Positions 16,974 to 22,540 of a stretch of DNA of 27,584 bases are shown here, in pieces (the stretch's first letter is position 1; each line of letters begins with the position of its first letter). The stretch covers positions 1 through 27,584 of the IMG/VR virus record IMGVR_UViG_640753024_000006, one strand, 5' to 3'. The notes below the pieces were generated by a model. The model was not told the origin of the DNA and did no database searches. It saw only the letters and a list, made by a program, of their open reading frames with translations. The stretch comes from a virus (taxonomy: Duplodnaviria > Heunggongvirae > Uroviricota > Caudoviricetes). Both the position numbers and the translations under genes were made by a program.

Positions 16974-16996
16974 GGCTGCCCTCAGGCGGTCTTTTT
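16974..16996 (+). terminator. Probable intrinsic terminator after the kinase-phosphatase pair
   Basis: ggctgcc-ctca-ggcggtc hairpin (with G-U pairs) followed by TTTTT. Confidence 0.45.
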
Positions 16997-17119
16997 ATGC
17001 TCGAAAATTGATGCAGTACGTTAAACGCGCTGGTGGTTGCGAATACCGGTCTTTCAGCTTGCTGGCTTTTTAGACAAGAGTTATTGGTATGTCACGTTAA
17101 CCAGAAAAGGGAAAAAGAC

Positions 17120-17317
17120 ATGCTAAAACAGCAGGATATGACCGAAACCGCCAGAGTGGTGTTTAATGAATTAAGCGTCACCGAACCGGCGACCGTCGGG
17201 GAAATTGCGCAGAATACTTACCTTTCACGCGAACGCTGCCAGTTAATCCTGACCCAGCTTGTTATGGCGGGTCTGGCAGATTATCAGTTCGGTTGTTACA
17301 GACGCCTTCTGCAGTGA
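17120..17317 (+). CDS. Small winged-helix DNA-binding protein (65 aa), possible methylase-associated regulator
   Basis: ATG 17120 with purine-rich RBS; MarR/wHTH-like TVGEIAQNTYLSRERCQLILTQL; immediately upstream of the DNA MTase gene. Confidence 0.45.
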   Translation: MLKQQDMTETARVVFNELSVTEPATVGEIAQNTYLSRERCQLILTQLVMAGLADYQFGCYRRLLQ

Positions 17318-17467
17318 AGGCTTTTTAATTTGTGGTAATGGGCGGCTGGTGGGTGTTAGCGGCACCTGCCAGCCATCTGCTCATGCGTTGGGGTCACAAG
17401 CAAACCTCAGGCCCATCTGCTTTGCGCAAAAGCAGTATGAGCCTATCAGAGAAGTGCTTATTGATCT

Positions 17468-18517
17468 ATGACTAATACTGTAAAAATATCCAGTTGTGAG
17501 TTAATCAACGCTGATTGCCTGAAATTTATCCAGACCTTACCGGAAAACTCTGTCGATCTGATAGTCACAGACCCGCCATACTTTAAAGTGAAGCCCGAGG
17601 GCTGGGATAACCAGTGGGAGGGCGACGATGATTACCTGAAATGGCTGGACCAGTGTCTGGCGCAGTTCTGGCGGGTACTGAAGCCTGCCGGAAGTCTTTA
17701 CCTGTTCTGTGGTCATCGCCTGGCATCTGACACCGAAATCATGATGCGTGAGCGCTTTAATGTGCTGAACCACATTATCTGGGCGAAGCCGTCCGGACGC
17801 TGGAACGGGTGCAATAAGGAAAGTCTGCGGGCGTATTTTCCGGCAACAGAGCGCATTCTGTTTGCAGAACATTATCAGGGACCGTATCGCCCGAAAGATG
17901 ATGGCTATGTGGCACAGGGGCGCGAGCTAAAACAGCACGTCATGGCCCCGCTGATTTCTTACTTTCGTGATGCGCGTAAATCACTGGGAATAACGTCAAA
18001 ACAGATAGCGGAAGCCACCGGAAAGAAAAACATGGCTTCGCACTGGTTTGGTACCAGTCAGTGGCAGTTACCGAACGAGGGTGATTACAACAAATTGCAG
18101 GCGTTGTTTGCGCGTGTTGCGGCAGAAAAACATCAGCGCGGGGAACTGGAAAAACCACACCACCAGCTGGTCAGCACATACAGTGAGCTGAACCGGCAGT
18201 ATACGGAATTGCTGAGTGAATATAAAAATTTGCGGCGGTATTTCGGTGTGACGGCGCAGGTTCCGTACACCGATGTCTGGACGCATAAACCGGTGCAGTA
18301 CTATCCAGGGAAACATCCGTGCGAAAAACCGGCAGAAATGCTGCAGCAGATAATCAACGCGAGCAGTCGTCCGGGAGACCTGGTTGCAGATTTTTTTATG
18401 GGTTCAGGTTCAACGGTAAAAGCGGCGATGGCACTGGGGCGTTGTGCGATTGGTGTTGAGCTGGAGACAGGACGTTTTGAACAGACAGTCAGGGAAGTTC
18501 AGGATTTAATCGTTTGA
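17468..18517 (+). CDS. DNA methyltransferase, N6-adenine (or N4-cytosine) beta-class
   Basis: DPPY motif (VTDPPYF) near the N-terminus and FxGxG SAM motif (FFMGSGST) near the C-terminus; 349 aa; same position as the methylase in Stx-type phages. Confidence 0.85.
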   Translation: MTNTVKISSCELINADCLKFIQTLPENSVDLIVTDPPYFKVKPEGWDNQWEGDDDYLKWLDQCLAQFWRVLKPAGSLYLFCGHRLASDTEIMMRERFNVLNHIIWAKPSGRWNGCNKESLRAYFPATERILFAEHYQGPYRPKDDGYVAQGRELKQHVMAPLISYFRDARKSLGITSKQIAEATGKKNMASHWFGTSQWQLPNEGDYNKLQALFARVAAEKHQRGELEKPHHQLVSTYSELNRQYTELLSEYKNLRRYFGVTAQVPYTDVWTHKPVQYYPGKHPCEKPAEMLQQIINASSRPGDLVADFFMGSGSTVKAAMALGRCAIGVELETGRFEQTVREVQDLIV

Positions 18518-18566
18518 AACGGATGAGATTGCAGAATTAATTACGCACCATTATTATTCTGCTCCC

Positions 18567-18642
18567 GGCCCTTTAGCTCAGTGGTGAGAGCGAGCGACTC
18601 ATAATCGCCAGGTCGCTGGTTCAAATCCAGCAAGGGCCACCA
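18567..18642 (+). tRNA. tRNA with anticodon CAU (Ile2/lysidine type, ileX/ileZ-like, or Met)
   Basis: Cloverleaf folds by hand: 7-bp acceptor GGCCCTT/AAGGGCC, D-arm GCTC..GAGC, anticodon loop CTCATAA, T-loop GGTTCAAATCC, CCA end. Confidence 0.8.
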
Positions 18643-18643
18643 A

Positions 18644-18720
18644 CCGTCACCAGTTCATCAGGAAAGAGCGTCAACCCTTTAAGTTGAGTGTGCGAGGTTC
18701 GAGTCCCCGGTGGCGGTCCA
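18644..18720 (+). tRNA. Aberrant tRNA-like element (anticodon-loop CCTTTAA, apparent anticodon UUU with C at position 33); possibly a degenerate tRNA
   Basis: Acceptor CCGTCAC/GTGGCGG (one G-U), T-loop GGTTCGAGTCC and CCA end, but non-canonical C33 and a mismatched T-stem. Confidence 0.35.
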
Positions 18721-18722
18721 GT

Positions 18723-18798
<76 letters not shown>

Positions 18799-18801
18799 TA
18801 T

Positions 18802-18876
<75 letters not shown>

Positions 18877-19153
18877 GCATTTGCAACAAGCCTTATTGTA
18901 TTGCGGCACTGGTGTATTTTTTATTACGTGGGAGCAGGTTGTTTTGAAAAAGCATTCTGTTCTCTGGCTATAATTTGAGGCCAGGTGTAGCCTCAGTGCT
19001 GATTTTTTTACGACAGCAGAATGGTGCATTATCGGTGGAGATTTTGTATTTCCTGGCAGGGTCGGTGATGCATCATTCCGATGTTGTAAGCATCGCTCAG
19101 AATAACGTTGAGATTAATCGCGTACTAAGCAAAACCTGGAAATACATCCTTAA

Positions 19154-19178
19154 CCGCCGCACCAGGCGGTTTTTTTTA
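19154..19178 (+). terminator. Rho-independent terminator
   Basis: ccgcc-gcacca-ggcgg hairpin followed by eight T. Confidence 0.7.
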
Positions 19179-19303
19179 TTCATTTTTTTTTCATGGCTCG
19201 CTACGGCGGGCCTTTTTCATATCCTCGCCACACCCGGCGCATATCACATCAAATAACGCCGCGCAAAAGGCATCTGCGGGTGCCTTTGACGGGGTGTTTT
19301 TAC

Positions 19304-19327
19304 GGGCCGCTGGCGGCCCTTTTTTAT
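19304..19327 (+). terminator. Rho-independent terminator just upstream of the lysis genes
   Basis: gggccgc-tg-gcggccc hairpin followed by TTTTTT. Confidence 0.75.
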
Positions 19328-19344
19328 TTACAGGAGAAAAACGT

Positions 19345-19737
19345 ATGTCTGAACCCTTATCCGGTTCCGGCACGGCTGCGGCGCTCGGTGGGGCGACGGT
19401 GTACGGGCTGTTTACCGGAACGGATTTCGGGATTGTGTTTGGTGCGTTCGCCGGGGCGTTATTTGTGGCAACGATGCCGCAGGCGCTTTCAGTCTGGCGT
19501 GTGGTGGCGCATTTTCTGGTGTCGTTTATTGTCGGCGTGCTGGGAGCGCGTGTGCTGTCAGCCTGGATTGCATCAAAAACAGGGTATGACGGTACATCGG
19601 CAGATGCGCTGTGTGCGGTGCTGGTATCGGTGGTGTCGGTGAAGGTTCTGTCGTTCATCCACCAGCAGGATATTGCATCGCTGGTGTCCGGTGTGTTCTC
19701 CCGCCTGCGGGGCGGAGGTGGCGGCAATGTTAAGTAA
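19345..19737 (+). CDS. Putative holin (multi-pass membrane protein, 130 aa)
   Basis: AGGAG RBS before ATG 19345; several hydrophobic helices; first gene of a cluster ending in an endolysin. Confidence 0.5.
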   Translation: MSEPLSGSGTAAALGGATVYGLFTGTDFGIVFGAFAGALFVATMPQALSVWRVVAHFLVSFIVGVLGARVLSAWIASKTGYDGTSADALCAVLVSVVSVKVLSFIHQQDIASLVSGVFSRLRGGGGGNVK

Positions 19738-20002
19738 CCTTCCCGGATTGCTGAATGTGGCGTTATGCACGGTTATCGTGCTGACGCTCTTTTTTTATCG
19801 TCGTCGCGATTCCAGACATAAGCCGCTGATGTCATGGCTGGCCTGGCTGCTGATGCTGCTGTATGCCTTTGCACCACTCAGTTATCTGTGCGGTCGCCCG
19901 TTAGCGGCGAACTGGCTGGCGGTGGGGCTTAATCTGCTGTTCTGCGTGCTGGTGATACGTGCACGCGGGAACGTTTCAAAAATCCTTTCATTACGGAGGT
20001 GA
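19727..20002 (+). CDS. Second small membrane protein of the lysis cassette (holin/antiholin-like, 91 aa)
   Basis: GGAGG RBS; start overlaps the previous stop; 2-3 hydrophobic helices; stop abuts the endolysin start. Confidence 0.45.
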   Translation: MLSNLPGLLNVALCTVIVLTLFFYRRRDSRHKPLMSWLAWLLMLLYAFAPLSYLCGRPLAANWLAVGLNLLFCVLVIRARGNVSKILSLRR

Positions 20003-20004
20003 GT

Positions 20005-20382
20005 ATGCCCGGTAAATTCAGATTCAGTCGTCGAAGTGAGAAAAATCTGGAGGGCGTCAAACCACAGCTGGTTGCTGTTGTTCGCCGTGCGCTGGAGCTG
20101 ACGGAGGTTGACTTCGGTATTACGGAAGGCCTGCGCAGTAAGTATCGCCAGAAGCAGCTGGTCGCGGAAGGGAAAAGCCAGACCATGAACAGCCGCCACC
20201 TGACCGGTGATGCGGTGGATGTTGTGGCCTACATTGGTAGCCAGGTGTCATGGGACTGGCCTCTGTACGAGAAAATCGCGCAGGCATTTAAGCAGGCTGC
20301 CGCAGAGCTGGGAACTGCCATCGAATGGGGCGGGGACTGGAAAACACTGAAAGACGGGCCTCACTTTCAGTTGAAGCGCTAA
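20005..20382 (+). CDS. Endolysin, peptidase M15 family (L-alanyl-D-glutamate peptidase, T5 Lys-like)
   Basis: Zinc-ligand pattern H..D (SRHLTGDAVD) and C-terminal H (GPHFQL); overall resemblance to T5 endolysin as I recall it; GGAGG RBS. Confidence 0.8.
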   Translation: MPGKFRFSRRSEKNLEGVKPQLVAVVRRALELTEVDFGITEGLRSKYRQKQLVAEGKSQTMNSRHLTGDAVDVVAYIGSQVSWDWPLYEKIAQAFKQAAAELGTAIEWGGDWKTLKDGPHFQLKR

Positions 20383-20396
20383 TAACCAGGTGGTTT

Positions 20397-20579
20397 ATGA
20401 GCCGAAAACACTGGACACACAGAATGCCGCGAACGGCGGCGAAATGGGCACTGGTAGCGATACTGGTGCCTTTTTTCCTGGTGGGATGCGTTAGCCTGGA
20501 TAAGGTGCGCCAGCTTTTCGATACGGCCTCGCAGGTCTGCGAAATTGTCGAAAGTGCCAGGCAGTGTATGCAGAACTGA
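20397..20579 (+). CDS. Small lipoprotein (possible o-spanin/Rz1-like or Cor-like exclusion lipoprotein)
   Basis: AGGTGG RBS; signal peptide ending in lipobox LVGC; 60 aa; directly after the endolysin. Confidence 0.4.
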   Translation: MSRKHWTHRMPRTAAKWALVAILVPFFLVGCVSLDKVRQLFDTASQVCEIVESARQCMQN

Positions 20580-20666
20580 TCGCCTGTAAGAGCAGAATAT
20601 TGTTGAATCTAAATTTACTTTGAACAGTGGCCCGGATGGAAAGGGCATCTAAATAGGAGCAGAAAA

Positions 20667-20876
20667 ATGTTAACTGTAAAAGTCATGTCTCAAAATGGTG
20701 GGGAAGAGCTCCATTGCGGGCGTAGCATTGGCTATCATCCAGAGCAGCGGAGTATTGCCGTATCGGGAAAGGATGGGAAAGTCATTCTGAAAGATGGAGA
20801 TATTGCTTATGTAATGAACCAAAACGCTCAAATAATATCTGTTTATCGGCCCAATAATAGTCAGAAAAACATTTGA
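20667..20876 (+). CDS. Hypothetical small protein (69 aa), AT-rich moron
   Basis: AGGAG RBS before ATG 20667; no recognised motif. Confidence 0.45.
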   Translation: MLTVKVMSQNGGEELHCGRSIGYHPEQRSIAVSGKDGKVILKDGDIAYVMNQNAQIISVYRPNNSQKNI

Positions 20877-20999
20877 ATTTCGCAAGTCCAAAGTTCAGTG
20901 GTGATCGTTATCAACTAATTGAAATAACAAGCTTATGTTTGTGTAATTGGTGATATAGCATGTTAATGCTGAATATCAGCGTCAACATGGAGTTATACA

Positions 21000-21215
21000 A
21001 TGGTTTTTAAACACTATTACGTGAACAAAAATGCTCAGAGCAATGGCGATCATGAGGTGCATGCTGAGGAATGTTCATATCTTCCTGCTGTAGCTAACCG
21101 CGATTACCTTGGTTACTATAGTGATTGTTCTTCGGCGGTAACAGAGGCAAAGGCCAAAGGATATTCCCGGGTGAATGGTTGCTATTGGTGTGCCAATAAG
21201 TGCCACACGTCTTAA
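21000..21215 (+). CDS. Hypothetical small Cys-rich protein (71 aa)
   Basis: Six Cys including a C-Y-W-C pair; followed by a clean terminator at 21238-21257. Confidence 0.45.
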   Translation: MVFKHYYVNKNAQSNGDHEVHAEECSYLPAVANRDYLGYYSDCSSAVTEAKAKGYSRVNGCYWCANKCHTS

Positions 21216-21237
21216 TCAATTGTCAATAAACCATAAA

Positions 21238-21257
21238 GGCCGCTCTGCGGCCTTTTT
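21238..21257 (+). terminator. Rho-independent terminator
   Basis: ggccgc-tct-gcggcc hairpin followed by TTTTT. Confidence 0.75.
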
Positions 21258-21519
21258 CATGTTAAAAAAGATTGCGGCATTACAGCAGCCCTTCACACTG
21301 AGTGGCTGCGATAATGTGAGAAATAAAAAACCGGCAGGGGAAATCCATTGAAGATTTGCCGGTGGCAAAAAGATGGCCATGCTTTCAACCTTAGTCGCAG
21401 GGTTACGGAGTGCAACTACGAATGCTGCCGGTATATGGCTGAATGGCGTTTCAATGATGTACGTCATCTTATCTGTAAATGTTAATGATAAAAGCTCTCA
21501 TTTGTGCGGGTCCTTCCGG

Positions 21520-21720
21520 TGGGGTGGCCTGCCACGGGGCGGAAGGCGCGCGGGTTTTCGCTATTTATGAAAATTTTCCGGGGAAAATCATGTCGGTACT
21601 TCTCGAACATAACTATTTGTTTTTTCTAATATCGAATCCGTAAAAGGTCCGACATGAAAACGCCTAAAAAAGTCATTTTCGGGCACTTTCATGTCGGACC
21701 CTGTGTTTGTTGTGAGACTG
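21520..21720 (+). other. Lambda-like cos site (cosQ-cosN-cosB) upstream of Nu1
   Basis: gggtccttccggtg (cosQ-like), then GGGCGGAAGGCG followed by cgcgggttttcgctatttatgaaaattttccgg, matching my memory of the lambda left end after cosN; 14-bp inverted repeat ggtccgacatgaaa / tttcatgtcggacc at 21646-21700 where lambda cosB has R sites. Confidence 0.7.
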
Positions 21721-21724
21721 TTTC

Positions 21725-22279
21725 ATGAAGGTTAATAAAAAGAAACTTGCCGAAATTTTCAACGTGGATCCGCGAACGATTGAACGCTGGCAGTCTCAGG
21801 GACTCCCTTGCGTCTCCGGAGGTGGTAAGGGCGTTGAATCTGTATTTGATACCTCCATGGCAATTCAGTGGTATGCACAGAGGGAGGCTGATATCGAAAA
21901 TGAAAAACTCCGTAAAGAGGTTGAGGATTACAGAGCTGCCAGTGAGGCAGATCTCCAGCCTGGGACTATTGAGTACGAACGCCATCGACTTACGCGTGCG
22001 CAGGCCGACGCACAGGAGCTGAAGAATGCCAGAGACTCCGCAGAAGTGGTGGAAACCGCATTCTGTACTTTCGTGCTGTCACGGATCGCAGGTGAAATTG
22101 CCAGTATTCTTGACGGGATCCCTCTCTCGGTACAGCGGCGTTTTCCGGAACTGGAAAACCGACATGTTGATTTCCTGAAACGGGATATCATCAAAGCCAT
22201 GAACAAAGCAGCCGCGCTGGATGAACTGATATGGCTTACAGCCGTGTTTCGACTTTCTCCGGGGATTATCTCCGCGTAA
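21725..22279 (+). CDS. nu1: Terminase small subunit Nu1 homolog, C-terminus replaced at a deletion junction
   Basis: N-terminal ~170 aa closely resemble lambda Nu1 as I recall it (conserved ...[60 protein letters not shown]...); the last residues run into lom-derived DNA. Confidence 0.85.
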   Translation: MKVNKKKLAEIFNVDPRTIERWQSQGLPCVSGGGKGVESVFDTSMAIQWYAQREADIENEKLRKEVEDYRAASEADLQPGTIEYERHRLTRAQADAQELKNARDSAEVVETAFCTFVLSRIAGEIASILDGIPLSVQRRFPELENRHVDFLKRDIIKAMNKAAALDELIWLTAVFRLSPGIISA

Positions 22280-22476
22280 CTGACAACAAGGGGAAAACGC
22301 ACGACGTGCTGACCGGAAGTGATGACGGTCGCCACAGCAACACGTCTCTGGCGTGGGGGGCTGGCGTGCAGTTTAACCCGACCGAATCCGTGGCCATTGA
22401 TATTGCTTATGAAGGCTCCGGCAGTGGTGACTGGCGCACTGACGGTTTCATCGTGGGTGTCAGTTATAAATTCTGA
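22240..22476 (+). pseudogene. lom: 3' remnant of lom (Ail/Lom outer-membrane protein family)
   Basis: Translation [25 protein letters not shown]...DGFIVGVSYKF is a Lom/Ail C-terminal beta-barrel end (terminal F); no N-terminal part or signal peptide present. Confidence 0.8.
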
Positions 22477-22502
22477 TTAGCCAGGTAACACAGTGTTATG
22501 AC

Positions 22503-22529
22503 AGCCCGCCGGTTCAGGCGGGCTTTTTT
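22503..22529 (+). terminator. Rho-independent terminator between lom and stf
   Basis: agcccgcc-ggttca-ggcgggct hairpin followed by TTTTTT. Confidence 0.8.
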
Positions 22530-22540
22530 GTGGGGTGAAT

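Noticed and set aside
18975-19256. 93-aa ORF in the tRNA-to-holin interval
   Set aside because: Starts at TTG without an RBS and reads through a strong intrinsic terminator hairpin and T-tract.
18877-19344. Shiga toxin genes (stxAB), expected from the Stx-phage-like methylase-tRNA-lysis arrangement
   Set aside because: No ORF of suitable size or composition exists between the tRNAs and the holin gene; the interval is only about 470 bp.
19191-19727. 178-aa ORF on the minus strand antisense to the putative holin gene
   Set aside because: Pro/Thr/Ala-rich low-complexity translation with no RBS. The plus-strand ORF has a strong RBS, transmembrane helices and correct operon context.
21216-21467. 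83-aa minus-strand ORF between the terminator and cos
   Set aside because: Overlaps the plus-strand terminator hairpin, has no RBS, and does not resemble Bor, which lambda carries near this position.
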